This document shows positions 7,291-16,794 of a stretch of DNA of 37,209 nt, in pieces. The DNA comes from Patescibacteria group bacterium (GTDB lineage Bacteria; Patescibacteriota; Minisyncoccia; Phycocordibacterales; JBBUBG01), in contig JAZKIQ010000010.1 of NCBI GenBank assembly GCA_040384765.1, positions 43,208 through 80,416 of the forward strand, in the 5' to 3' direction. A program made the translations under genes and the position numbers. Each line of letters begins with the position of its first letter. Within the stretch, counting starts at the first letter, position 1. Under the pieces are notes generated by a model, which was not told the origin of the DNA, ran no database searches, and saw only the letters and a list, made by a program, of their open reading frames with translations.

Positions 7291-8100
7291 CTACCGTATC
7301 TCGTACGTAATGTTTACGTTTGAGCTGATCTTGTTTTCACCCTGAGGAAGCTCGGTCGGTGCCACCTGCGCTACAGCGCTCCCTCCTCGGCCATCAGCTG
7401 CGTACTCAAGCTTCGCGTAGCTCGGATAGAATCCAGACTCCGAGAAAGAGACGACGCGCACGATGCGTACACCAAGATCACGTGCGAGTGCCTGCGCTTT
7501 TTCTCTCGCATCTGCAATCGCGAGCTCACGTGCTTTGCGTTTCAACTCCTCGTCATTGTCTTGCGTGAAGTTTACTCCGCTTACATTCGTAACTTTGAGA
7601 GCGCCAAGTCCGTCAACAATCTCCCCAGCCTTGTCAGGCGTGCGTACCTTTACAGAAAACTGCTGGTTGACGCGGTAGCCAACAAGTACCTGTTTGCCTG
7701 AAGGTGGACATGAGTACTCAGTGCAGACAGACGACTTGATCTGCTCATACGAATACTCCGGATAGAAGCTATAGTCAGCCGTCTTGATATCCTTGTCGGC
7801 AATTCCCGATTTTTTGAGATAATCGAGCGCGGCGTTCGCTACTTCGCGGGCTTCTTTCTGGGCATCTGCGACAGTCTTCGCTTTTGTCTCTACTCCAAAG
7901 GTAAACTGGGCGATATCGGGCGTTGCAAACACCTCTCCCTTACCTTCAACGGTAATGGTAGGGCCTTTCGGCTCGATGCTCGATCCCCAGTAGTCCTGCC
8001 ACCCCGCAAGCGTCTTCACGCCGAGGAAAAGTGCAAGAACAACAAGAACAACCGAGAGATATTGCAGATTTCTTTTTTTATCAGCGTGAAGATCGTTCAT
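7291..8100 (-). CDS. SIMPL (DUF541) domain protein
   Basis: N-terminal TM, ITVEGKGEV.ATPD.A, DIKT, AIADAREKA..LA..LGV, ending V.ITYEIR. Confidence 0.88.
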   Translation of the reverse strand: MNDLHADKKRNLQYLSVVLVVLALFLGVKTLAGWQDYWGSSIEPKGPTITVEGKGEVFATPDIAQFTFGVETKAKTVADAQKEAREVANAALDYLKKSGIADKDIKTADYSFYPEYSYEQIKSSVCTEYSCPPSGKQVLVGYRVNQQFSVKVRTPDKAGEIVDGLGALKVTNVSGVNFTQDNDEELKRKARELAIADAREKAQALARDLGVRIVRVVSFSESGFYPSYAKLEYAADGRGGSAVAQVAPTELPQGENKISSNVNITYEIR

Positions 8101-8121
8101 TGCGTAAGCGTTATATAATAA

Positions 8122-8484
8122 TTATTTCTGCATCGGACCGTTACCGGAGCATTTCATCCCCTGGCCCGAGCACTTCATACCCTCCTTCATACCTGAGCAT
8201 TTTGCTCCCATCCCTTTGCAGGAGCCGCCCATGCATTTCCCTCCTTCGCACTTGCCACCGCACATCCCATTGCCACAGCATTTCTTGCACGCGAGCATCA
8301 TGAGAGCCGAAAGGCCTACGAGGCCGTACACGATCCGAGAACCAATGCTCATCATCATCGGATCGTTGAAAATCATCGAAATGAGATTCCACGATGGATT
8401 GATCGCAACCAAACCCCAGTTGATGCCACCTACAAAAAGGAGAGCTCCTGCAACTTTGTGGCCCATGCACATGCCCTTATTCAT
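8122..8484 (-). CDS. DUF378-type small membrane protein with Cys/Gly/Met/Lys-rich tail
   Basis: VGGINWGL and RIVYGLVGLSAL, followed by repeated xKC units. Confidence 0.75.
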   Translation of the reverse strand: MNKGMCMGHKVAGALLFVGGINWGLVAINPSWNLISMIFNDPMMMSIGSRIVYGLVGLSALMMLACKKCCGNGMCGGKCEGGKCMGGSCKGMGAKCSGMKEGMKCSGQGMKCSGNGPMQK

Positions 8485-8585
8485 ATTGGATATATACCGC
8501 TACTTGTAATGTCGGCAGTATACCAGACACGTGAGGCCCAAAACATCAGGGTACTCCTTAGACGCACTGCCCACGAGAAAAGTGA

Positions 8586-8792
8586 CTAGCCCCGCAGTTT
8601 GGCCAAGAAATGGCTGATAGAAAGGTGGATGCGGTTGATCCGTTCGATAAGGTACAGACCGATCGCGATCAAAATAACGGGCCAGATAATATCCCAGCGC
8701 ATGAGAACAAGGCCGGTATTATTGAGAAGAAATATGACTCCTATAAAGATAAAAATGTAGGCGACAAACATCGCAATTGATCGAAGTAGCAT
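8586..8792 (-). CDS. Small LiaF/DUF5668-like membrane protein
   Basis: G..FLL.N.G and WPVILIAIGL. The start may instead be at 8771. Confidence 0.6.
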   Translation of the reverse strand: MLLRSIAMFVAYIFIFIGVIFLLNNTGLVLMRWDIIWPVILIAIGLYLIERINRIHLSISHFLAKLRG

Positions 8793-8881
8793 CTGGATAC
8801 AGATGAGGACGGGAAGGATCTGTTTTTCTTAAGGGCTTGGGCGAGCCGAGAAGCGGGTATACTATAAGCTTCATACCTCCC

Positions 8882-9670
8882 ATGGAGCGCCTTCGTAGAT
8901 ACACCTCATACGCAACAGTGCTTCTCCTCCTTTTTCTTGCGGGAGGAGGCTACCTTTTCTATCGAGGCTTTGGGAGCGCCCTGCGAACGTCGCGCGGGAC
9001 AGCCGCGCGTACGGCCCGCTACACCAACAGCCTCGTCGGAGTAGACACCTACACAACAAAGCAGTTTCTCCGAAGCAAAAGGCTTGAAGATGCATACAAA
9101 GAAGCCGCCCTCTCGCATACTGGAGAGATCACCGACACAGCTGTTGTGTTCCGCGAGCTCGGCAAAGGATCGTGGGCAGAAGTGAACCCGCAGACACAAA
9201 TTCCGCACGAAGCAGTGGCTCCTGTGCTTGATATCTTTGAAAAATACGACGCCCGCTACAGCGGCCAATCTATTTTTGAAGAGATCGGTATCGCACCCAA
9301 AAAAGATTCAACCGGAAAGCCTTTCTACACAATCAGCCAGCAAAATCTCCTCATGCGGGCACTCTACAATGGGACCTATATGGGGCGCGAAGAGTCTGAG
9401 TCGGCACTCTCCCGCCTAGCAGAAACGGGCGCGAAGATCCCAAGCGCACTTCCTGCCACTTTGCCTTTTGTACGCATCTCGTGGACCAAAATGCCCGACA
9501 CCGCAGGACCTGGCGACTTTGAGCACAACAGCTGTGGTATTGGATACGACATATCAAAGCCGTTTGTACTATGCATCTATGCGAAAGCGACAAGTCCCGA
9601 GGCTCTCGAGAGTTTTTTTACAACAATCGAAGAACGAACATACGCTGAACTCCCCTTCCTCTATCAATGA
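8882..9670 (+). CDS. Membrane-anchored, degenerate class A beta-lactamase-like protein
   Basis: N-terminal TM. The C-terminal RALYNGTY..., CGI.Y...PFVLCI resembles the beta-lactamase2 fold, but no SxxK or KTG is visible. Confidence 0.5.
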   Translation: MERLRRYTSYATVLLLLFLAGGGYLFYRGFGSALRTSRGTAARTARYTNSLVGVDTYTTKQFLRSKRLEDAYKEAALSHTGEITDTAVVFRELGKGSWAEVNPQTQIPHEAVAPVLDIFEKYDARYSGQSIFEEIGIAPKKDSTGKPFYTISQQNLLMRALYNGTYMGREESESALSRLAETGAKIPSALPATLPFVRISWTKMPDTAGPGDFEHNSCGIGYDISKPFVLCIYAKATSPEALESFFTTIEERTYAELPFLYQ

Positions 9671-9672
9671 AA

Positions 9673-9971
9673 CTAGAGCATCTTTAGAATCCCCAGATCC
9701 GAGGCACTCAAACATGAACTGCTTCATGTTTGAGGCGGTGTCGGCCTTAGCGGCACATGCCGTTGTCGAGCAAAGCGAGACAGGCATGAGCACAGGAGAG
9801 ATAAAGTTTTGGTAGATAACCGTCACAGGTTCTTTTCTACTGAAAAGCCCTGCGACCCCGCCTCGCCTCGTCAGGCTCCGGCTCTTGATTGCTCGCTCAT
9901 CTCACAATCAAGCTACTCAGCTTTTCTCGACGAAGAGAACGAAGGAGGTGGGGATTTTAAAGATGCTCTAG
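9673..9971. repeat. MITE-like structured element (299 bp)
   Basis: 23-bp TIR CTAGAGCATCTTTAGAATCCCCA / TGGGGATTTTAAAGATGCTCTAG (1 mismatch). The 42-nt core at 9750-9791 is identical to 26958-26999. Confidence 0.8.
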
Positions 9972-10453
9972 GAAAGCATAGTGCTGTACTCTCGTATCTC
10001 TTGGGCATGATACTTCTCAAGAATATTGCGTAGCCCGCCTCGTATTGAATGAATCGTGAGCACGACAAGGTTGCGCGAGCGCAACAGAGATGAATCGCTT
10101 CCAATGCCAACCAATCCCCCAAGAAATGCGCCAAGAACGAGTCCGATGAATGCCCCTATCGCGATACCAGCTTCATAGGGAGAAAGTCCAAACAGTACAG
10201 GAATCTCCCCTACGGCAGTGATCGGCCCAACTCCCGGAAGAACACCTGCACCGATCAACCCTCCGATAAGCGCCCCAAGGATGGCGAGCACGGCCGCCAA
10301 ACGTGAAGATGATCTTGTACCCTGCTCTAGGGTAGTCACCACCTCTGGCACCACAGCGATATCAGTGTCGATAACACCCACCTCGCGCAACTCCCGAAGA
10401 GCAGCCTCGGCATCTATACGATCTTTAAACACGCCAACAGTAGTCGTTTGCAT
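9968..10453 (-). CDS. Glycine-zipper membrane protein, general-stress-protein-like
   Basis: VGVF.D...AE.A..EL N-terminus and Gly-rich TM segments. Its stop codon lies inside the element TIR. Confidence 0.65.
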   Translation of the reverse strand: MQTTTVGVFKDRIDAEAALRELREVGVIDTDIAVVPEVVTTLEQGTRSSSRLAAVLAILGALIGGLIGAGVLPGVGPITAVGEIPVLFGLSPYEAGIAIGAFIGLVLGAFLGGLVGIGSDSSLLRSRNLVVLTIHSIRGGLRNILEKYHAQEIREYSTMLS

Positions 10454-10561
10454 ACTACGAATGACGTGAGCCCGGCCGATGACTTACCAACTACGGTTAT
10501 TGCCTAGTGAAGAGAGCGAAATGAAAAGAGCACTTTTCATTTCCGAACGAACGACGGCAAA

Positions 10562-10653
10562 AAAGAGTAGCTACCCCGCCGCTTTGCGGCGGCCACTACA
10601 GCCGATACTTCGGTTGTAGTGGCCAGGGGCTTGCCCCGGGGTAAATACTCTTT
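10562..10653. repeat. Multi-branched REP-like palindrome
   Basis: Outer AAAGAGTA..TACCCC / GGGGTA..TACTCTTT enclosing three hairpins. Confidence 0.6.
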
Positions 10654-10674
10654 ATCCACAAGAGCTGTGGATGA
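10652..10674. promoter_or_regulatory. Pair of inverted DnaA-box-like motifs
   Basis: TTATCCACA at 10652-10660 and TGTGGATGA at 10666-10674 (1 mismatch). Confidence 0.35.
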
Positions 10675-10825
10675 TACTACAATAGAATGGCTCAACAATG
10701 ACACATCTTTAAAAACTGTCTATGGCTGTGCTTGCATCGAGCGGCCTCTTCCGTAACAATTGAGCCACTCACCGCTGAGGTGGTACTCACAACACAGACA
10801 TGGAGCTTACCTTTAACTTCACTCA

Positions 10826-12262
10826 ATGGAATCGTTATACACTAACTTCGCATCTTTTCTTCGACGTATCTCGTTCGTTGTTCTTACTTCGCTCTTCCTT
10901 ATCCCAAGCTTTGCGCATGCTGCAGGCCCAGTAGACATCTGGTGGCCTACCGACGGAGCGCGCGTAAGCGGTATGCAGCCCGTTAAGGCTTTGTACTCAG
11001 GCAAAAATCTGAGCGAATACACCATGTACTGGTCCGTAGACGGCGGACAGCAAAATCTCATGCCAGATTCATACCAGGACTATCCGCACAAAGAAACGTC
11101 GATAGATGTTTCCGGCTGGCGCTGGCGCGGCAATGGACCGTACGTCATCACCCTTACCGCGAAAGATAAAAGCAACGCAGTGATTGGTGCACGCACCACA
11201 TCGATAACCATCGATCGCCCAACTACAACCACAACGGTAACGACAACCCCGGCCCCGGTACCTGCACCAACCCCTACGCCGACGACTCAGGTCACCGTTA
11301 CAAAAACAGGAGCTGCGCCCGGAGGCACAGCACCCGTCCCTACTCTCGCACCCACCGCACCAACCCTGACTCTTGCCCCCGTAAGCACGGGAGCAACGGT
11401 AAGCGACAGTGGATTGTATGTTGACTTCAACTCACCTGCAGCAAAGCAGGCTCTCACCTGGAGCACTACCCGTCCCGCAGATGCAGCGATCATGAAAAAG
11501 GTAGCGAGCACTCCAAGTGCTGCTTGGTTTGGGGGATGGAATCAAAACGTTCAAGCTGATGCGGCTGCACTCGTTGGCAAAGCAACCGCTGCAGGAAAAA
11601 CAGCTGTGCTGATTGCATACAACATCCCAGGCCGCGACTGTGGCAGCTACTCGGCTGGTGGAGCAAACGGCTCGAATGCGTACCGCACGTGGATTCGTTC
11701 GCTTGCAGCAGGTATTGGAGGAGGCAAAGCAATCGTAGTCCTCGAGCCTGACGCAACAGCAGGAATCGACTGTCTCTCAACCGAAGGGAAGGCTGCGCGC
11801 AACGCACTCCTTTCAGATGCTATTGGAGTCTTGAAAGCAAACGCCAACACAAAGGTGTATCTTGACGGAGGAAATGCACACTGGATCGCCGCGGATGTGA
11901 TGGCATCACGCCTTACGCAAGCAGGGATCGCAAAAGCTGATGGCTTCTCGCTCAACGTATCGAACTTCTTCACGACAGCGGAAAGCAATGAGTACGGGAA
12001 AAATGTCTCATCTCGTATTGGCGGCAAGTCGTTTGTTGTGGACACTTCCCGCAACGGCTCAGGCTCAAACGGACAGTGGTGCAACCCAGACGGACGCTCA
12101 CTTGGTCAAACGCCAACATTCTCGACCGGAGTGGCAGAGGCAGCAGCATACCTGTGGCTCAAGACTCCAGGAGAATCCGATGGATCATGCAACGGCAACC
12201 CTTCCGCAGGAAACTGGATGCCCGAGTATGCACTCGGACTCGCAAAGCGAGCGGGATACTAG
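10826..12262 (+). CDS. Secreted glycoside hydrolase family 6 (cellulase) with N-terminal Trp-rich module and Pro/Thr linker
   Basis: Signal peptide ending AHA. Motifs YNIPGRDC, LEPDA, YLDGG..HW, GFSLNVSNF, DTSRNG, WCNP and WLK.PGESDG. Confidence 0.92.
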   Translation: MESLYTNFASFLRRISFVVLTSLFLIPSFAHAAGPVDIWWPTDGARVSGMQPVKALYSGKNLSEYTMYWSVDGGQQNLMPDSYQDYPHKETSIDVSGWRWRGNGPYVITLTAKDKSNAVIGARTTSITIDRPTTTTTVTTTPAPVPAPTPTPTTQVTVTKTGAAPGGTAPVPTLAPTAPTLTLAPVSTGATVSDSGLYVDFNSPAAKQALTWSTTRPADAAIMKKVASTPSAAWFGGWNQNVQADAAALVGKATAAGKTAVLIAYNIPGRDCGSYSAGGANGSNAYRTWIRSLAAGIGGGKAIVVLEPDATAGIDCLSTEGKAARNALLSDAIGVLKANANTKVYLDGGNAHWIAADVMASRLTQAGIAKADGFSLNVSNFFTTAESNEYGKNVSSRIGGKSFVVDTSRNGSGSNGQWCNPDGRSLGQTPTFSTGVAEAAAYLWLKTPGESDGSCNGNPSAGNWMPEYALGLAKRAGY

Positions 12263-12274
12263 GAAGCAAGTACG

Positions 12275-12355
12275 GAAGTAGTTGCAGGACAGAAGAAGAA
12301 TCAAAGAAAACGGCATCCGAGAGGGTGCCGTTTTCTTCTGTTCTGCAACTACTTC
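12275..12355. terminator. Bidirectional terminator with extended outer stem
   Basis: AAGAAAACGGCATCC-gaga-GGGTGCCGTTTTCTT, flanked by GAAGTAGTTGCAG / CTGCAACTACTTC, between convergent genes. Confidence 0.7.
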
Positions 12356-13905
12356 TGTTCTTCTGTGCTGGTTGTAGCACCCAGCCCCTCCCTCTCGACC
12401 GGTACATCGTACCTCAAGCGGTACGCCTGCACCGTGAGCCCAGGTGAAAACTCTCCCTGATACAGCCTCGTGTAGTGATTGTCGAAGTACGATTTTAGTT
12501 CACTCTCGTACCCCTGATCGTACGAAAGTACGACCCACGCCACTTCATGGCCGACGCTAAGTGCTTTCACCTCCTTAGGCATATCTGCTTCGGAATAACC
12601 TGGAATACCTCCCTTTTTTGAACGATCCCAGTTTGGAAGCGTTGTAAGTGCCGCGGACCCTCGGTAATAATATTCGATTGGATAGATCGTAAACGGCGCA
12701 GAGATCACCACAACATCCTGAGGCTTCGCATGCGTCTCGAGAAATGAAGTAACCCCTTCGTAGTTCTCCTTCACCGGAATGGTCGCACTCACAATCTCAG
12801 CACTGAGTGCACCCATCATGAGGAGCACAATCGCTCCGCGCAAAAGCCATGAAAAGAATTTCGGGTACGATGCAGTCATCGTGATGAGCAGAAAATAGAG
12901 GGGCGGCACGGCAAGGATCAGATACCGCGTCAAATAGATCGGCTGGAAGACAAACGATGCGGCGAAAGCAGCGAGTATGGGAACAAGCACAGAAAACAGA
13001 ACATATTTGGTTTCGGAGGAAAGGACGACGCCGCGCTGAAGAGAGAGGAAGGCAAGCAACACTGCAAGAGGCCAGAGGGCAAGAATGAGCGAGTTAATAT
13101 GATCACCCTGAAAGCCAAAGAAGAATTGGGAGAAGCTGTTGAAGACATTGGCAGTCGTCGGAGTGGCAAGAAGTGGCCGCTCGGTCGCTGCGCCACCCAG
13201 CGCGGTAACCCAAGCTATCCATGGGGCAAACGACAGTGCCGCGATCACCCCAACCGCAACGAAACGCCCTACTGCACGCGCAGGAAAAATAGTTCGATGC
13301 GAGACGAAAAAGAGAATCTGAGCAAGAATAACAAGCCCGAAGAAATAGTGAGTGTACAGTCCGAGAACCGTTACGGCAGCGTACCCAAACCATAGGCCTG
13401 AACTCTCCTCATCCTTAAAAAGTCGTACAAAGAAATACTGCGAAAGTATCGAGAGAAGCGTGAAGAGGCTGTACATACGGATCTCGTTTCCGTACCAGTT
13501 GAGAAACGGTGAGATCGAGACGAGAAACGCACCGAGCACCCCCTCGCGCGGGCCATACAATGCTTTCCCGAGGAGATACATGGCTGGGAGGACCAGAAGG
13601 AAAAAGAGGAGAGAGAGAAACCGTGCCGTTGCTACGCCATTGCCAAAAATAATCTGCCAGAAGTGAAGAACCGAGTGGTAGAGCGGCACATGCACATCCT
13701 CCCCTATCACTTTGAGCATTCCCGTAAAGGTGTGGCTCGTTTGCCAAAGACTTTGCGCCTCGTCGAGCCGCAAACTCTGTTCGGAAAAAAAGAACACCGA
13801 GAGAAGGAGCACGAGGAGCGCGCACCCGGCAAGGCACCAGCCGATCCATGCCTCCCCCGCTATCGCAGCACCTTCATCTCTCATATCGATCGATCGTGTT
13901 GTCAT
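12349..13905 (-). CDS. GT-C fold (PMT/ArnT-like) polytopic glycosyltransferase
   Basis: Motifs SLRLDEAQS, DVHVPLYH, E.RMYSL, YTHY and RY; many TM helices and a soluble C-terminal domain. Confidence 0.85.
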   Translation of the reverse strand: MTTRSIDMRDEGAAIAGEAWIGWCLAGCALLVLLLSVFFFSEQSLRLDEAQSLWQTSHTFTGMLKVIGEDVHVPLYHSVLHFWQIIFGNGVATARFLSLLFFLLVLPAMYLLGKALYGPREGVLGAFLVSISPFLNWYGNEIRMYSLFTLLSILSQYFFVRLFKDEESSGLWFGYAAVTVLGLYTHYFFGLVILAQILFFVSHRTIFPARAVGRFVAVGVIAALSFAPWIAWVTALGGAATERPLLATPTTANVFNSFSQFFFGFQGDHINSLILALWPLAVLLAFLSLQRGVVLSSETKYVLFSVLVPILAAFAASFVFQPIYLTRYLILAVPPLYFLLITMTASYPKFFSWLLRGAIVLLMMGALSAEIVSATIPVKENYEGVTSFLETHAKPQDVVVISAPFTIYPIEYYYRGSAALTTLPNWDRSKKGGIPGYSEADMPKEVKALSVGHEVAWVVLSYDQGYESELKSYFDNHYTRLYQGEFSPGLTVQAYRLRYDVPVEREGLGATTSTEEQK

Positions 13906-13948
13906 GGAAGTTTCCGTACGTTGTTACGTGCGACTGTTGGAGATCTCC

Positions 13949-15481
13949 CTATCCTGCCAGCTCACGCGATGCAAACAACTCATGCACAAATCCGTACGAC
14001 TCTTTCGGAAGAGCGGCTGCTACAAATTCGAGGAAGATGACACTGTAGAGAACCGCCCACGCAAAGTTTGAAAGGATCGATGGAGAAAAACCTTCGCGCG
14101 CAATCCCTACCCCTACGCCAAAAACCACAAGAAGGATGTAGACGATATGGGGTATGACCAGGCGTACAAAGTTACCGGAGATCGCTTTTTTCGAGGTGAC
14201 TGAAAAAGCAGTTTTCTCCCCCAAAAGCGCGGCGAGAAGTGCGCGCAAGTGAATCGTAAAGCCGGCCATCGAAAATGCGAGCGAACGAAATGAGAACGAA
14301 TATCCGGAAGAGCGCTGCAGGAGATAGAGAGTGAGGAAGATGTTCGGGAGAAAGATCGCGGCAAGAAGCATCGTCGAGATCTGGAACGGAACGATTCCGA
14401 AAAAGAAGAAGAGGAGCGGTATCAGTGCATTCATGAGGACGACAGCGCCCGACAGAAAGTAGCTCACCGACGAGAGGTACTGAAGACGCTGAGCGAACGA
14501 AAGACCTGGTCGAAAGAGCAGCTTATAGCGAAAGATAAAGTCCAGAGAACCTCGAGCCCAGCGAAACTGTTGTTTGTAGTACGAAAGGAAATCTTCTGGC
14601 GCCAGCCCCTCTGCAAGCACTTCGGGAACATAGAGCGACTTCCATCCTCGACTGTGCATGAGAGCCCCCGTCAGAAAGTCTTCTGCAATACTCTCCGCGA
14701 TGCCGCCAACTTCAACCAGCGCTGATCGGCGAATAACCATGTTGGTGCCGCACATGGTGACTGAATTGAGTCTGTTTTTTCCCTTACAGATTGGACCAAA
14801 GAAGAGCGTTTGCTGCTCCCACGAACCGCGGGTGATATCGTTTACCGCATAGTTCTTGTAGTACTGAGGCGTCTGCACATATCCCATCTTTGGATCGTGG
14901 AAATACGGCACGGTTCGTGCGAGAAAATCAGCGTGTGGCACATGATCGGCATCAAAAACAACGACCAGATCTGAAGCAGTTTCACGCAGCGCATTGTTGA
15001 TATTCCCCGCCTTTGCGCCACCCGGCGTCTTGCGGGTAATGCACTCCACTCCGAGGCGCTCTGCCAAAAGCTCCATCTCATACCAATTTTCTTTTTTTGC
15101 TACGTATCCATCGTTCAAGATATAGACCGTATGCCGCGGGTACCTCATAGCAAGAGCCGCAGTCACTGTTTCCTGTACGATATCTACCGGCTCTCCGGCA
15201 ACCGTGATAAACACATCCACCTTTGGCTGATACGAGGAGTCAAAAGAAGCTTCGTACTCAGTGTCCCAGATCGTCCAGAGAAAGGTAGCGAGCTGCCAGA
15301 GATGGAATATTTCACCAGCAATCAAAAGAGAAAACAGAACGGTATTGCCGCGTGGAAACCAGAATGCTAGGACAATAAAATAAACGACTGCGGCGATACC
15401 GTTAAGCACAATGAGATACTTTGGCACTTCGGTCTCCATGAAGCTCTCCGTATCTTTTCTGGGAACAGTTTTGGCTATCAT
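13949..15481 (-). CDS. bcsA: Cellulose synthase catalytic subunit-like processive GT2 (no PilZ domain)
   Basis: Motifs LNDG, KAGNIN, FDADH, QTPQ, CGTN, AED and QQFRW, with flanking TMs. The protein ends shortly after the last TM. Confidence 0.8.
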   Translation of the reverse strand: MIAKTVPRKDTESFMETEVPKYLIVLNGIAAVVYFIVLAFWFPRGNTVLFSLLIAGEIFHLWQLATFLWTIWDTEYEASFDSSYQPKVDVFITVAGEPVDIVQETVTAALAMRYPRHTVYILNDGYVAKKENWYEMELLAERLGVECITRKTPGGAKAGNINNALRETASDLVVVFDADHVPHADFLARTVPYFHDPKMGYVQTPQYYKNYAVNDITRGSWEQQTLFFGPICKGKNRLNSVTMCGTNMVIRRSALVEVGGIAESIAEDFLTGALMHSRGWKSLYVPEVLAEGLAPEDFLSYYKQQFRWARGSLDFIFRYKLLFRPGLSFAQRLQYLSSVSYFLSGAVVLMNALIPLLFFFFGIVPFQISTMLLAAIFLPNIFLTLYLLQRSSGYSFSFRSLAFSMAGFTIHLRALLAALLGEKTAFSVTSKKAISGNFVRLVIPHIVYILLVVFGVGVGIAREGFSPSILSNFAWAVLYSVIFLEFVAAALPKESYGFVHELFASRELAG

Positions 15482-15520
15482 GTCGTTTATCTACTAGCGA
15501 ATAAATCTCTTACCTTTTTG

Positions 15521-16759
15521 TCATCGGACCACAAGAGTACTTCTTGTTTTCTCAAGGAGAGATGCCTGATCCGTGGAGAGCTTGGGCAGCTCATTCCAGT
15601 AGAAAGCCATCCCAAACCAAGCCCAGTTGTCGTCGTAGTATGACAACTTATCCTTCCAGATCCGCTCATCGGGATCGTACAGAATCTGGAGCTTCAGCCG
15701 ATACATTTTTTCAGCAGCGTCTGGCGCCACCAAAAGAAAGTAGGGCAAGGTCGCGCCGTACACTGCTGGAGACTCATGAGTATCCACACTCTTTCCGTCG
15801 TGTCCGTAAATAGAGGCAATCTTTCCATTCTGTTCCCACTCCTCACGAAGGAAGGAGAGCTTTGTGAGCAACGCCTTTGCACGGAGCTCTCCATTCCAGC
15901 GATAATCGAGGGCAATGCGCCATGGGACTCGCATAGCATCAAAGCCAAAGTTTGTAGACAGACCTGTACCATCCGGAGCACCCAGAGCGCCCGAGGTGCG
16001 ATTAAGCTCTACCCAATCCGGCGGAAGAAGGGCTGACCTCTTTTTATCGAGGGGAAGTTCAAGCGATCTCGACAGAACCTCGTATGAGGTGTCCACGAGA
16101 CCCTTCCAGTTGTGCTCAAGATCTACCCGTGCAAACTCTCGATATGCATATGGGGCAAAATAGGAAGGGTTTACGACAATCCTCGAGAGAGACTCCTTTT
16201 CAACATTGTTCGATGCGAGATATGGACGACCCCCAATGAGCACCACCTCCTCTCTCCAGATATCCCGTATGATCGCCTTCGCTGAAGAGAGATACGCATC
16301 TCCGTGCCAGCGGTTGTGCGCAAACAAAAGCGCGAGTGCGATATCGATATCAGCATCGCTTGCTGTATGTTCCCCTCCCTTCGCAATGAGCGGGCCGTAC
16401 GAACCGTCTGCACGCTTTCCAAATAGCCAGGAAAAGAGTGCGTCATCGGTATGTCCAAGATTGTCTTTAGTCCACTTCCACGAGCGGTCAAACGTTTCCT
16501 TGTCATCCATCCATACCGCACGAAGCATCGTATAGCTTTGCCCTTCGGAAGTAGTAACGTTGTCTCTGCTTTTATCAAGAGTCCGTCCCGTGCCGGGCTC
16601 AAGATACTCAGCTTTATACGAACTCCACAGCGAGTGGAGCATGTCGTGCGGAGAAAAAACTACTGGTATATGCCTCACCGTGCTGTTGTAGTAAATAACT
16701 CCGAAAACAATACCAAGCGCTGATACAAGGAAAAAAATGCCGAGAAGAGTATTACGCAT
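15521..16759 (-). CDS. Membrane-anchored glycoside hydrolase family 8 (BcsZ-like)
   Basis: Motifs TTSEGQSY, ASDADIDIA, NPSYF, FDAMR and YYD; N-terminal TM. Confidence 0.9.
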   Translation of the reverse strand: MRNTLLGIFFLVSALGIVFGVIYYNSTVRHIPVVFSPHDMLHSLWSSYKAEYLEPGTGRTLDKSRDNVTTSEGQSYTMLRAVWMDDKETFDRSWKWTKDNLGHTDDALFSWLFGKRADGSYGPLIAKGGEHTASDADIDIALALLFAHNRWHGDAYLSSAKAIIRDIWREEVVLIGGRPYLASNNVEKESLSRIVVNPSYFAPYAYREFARVDLEHNWKGLVDTSYEVLSRSLELPLDKKRSALLPPDWVELNRTSGALGAPDGTGLSTNFGFDAMRVPWRIALDYRWNGELRAKALLTKLSFLREEWEQNGKIASIYGHDGKSVDTHESPAVYGATLPYFLLVAPDAAEKMYRLKLQILYDPDERIWKDKLSYYDDNWAWFGMAFYWNELPKLSTDQASLLEKTRSTLVVR

Positions 16760-16794
16760 ACGAAATGTGTTGTGCTGCTAATGTCACGGGCACA

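Noticed and set aside
9569-9826. Small ORFs sharing the peptide MPVSLCSTTACAA (also 26882-27085)
   Set aside because: The similarity comes from the non-coding repeat core, and the frames diverge outside it.
10652-10674. Replication origin
   Set aside because: Only two boxes, no dnaA/dnaN nearby, and no clear AT-rich unwinding element.
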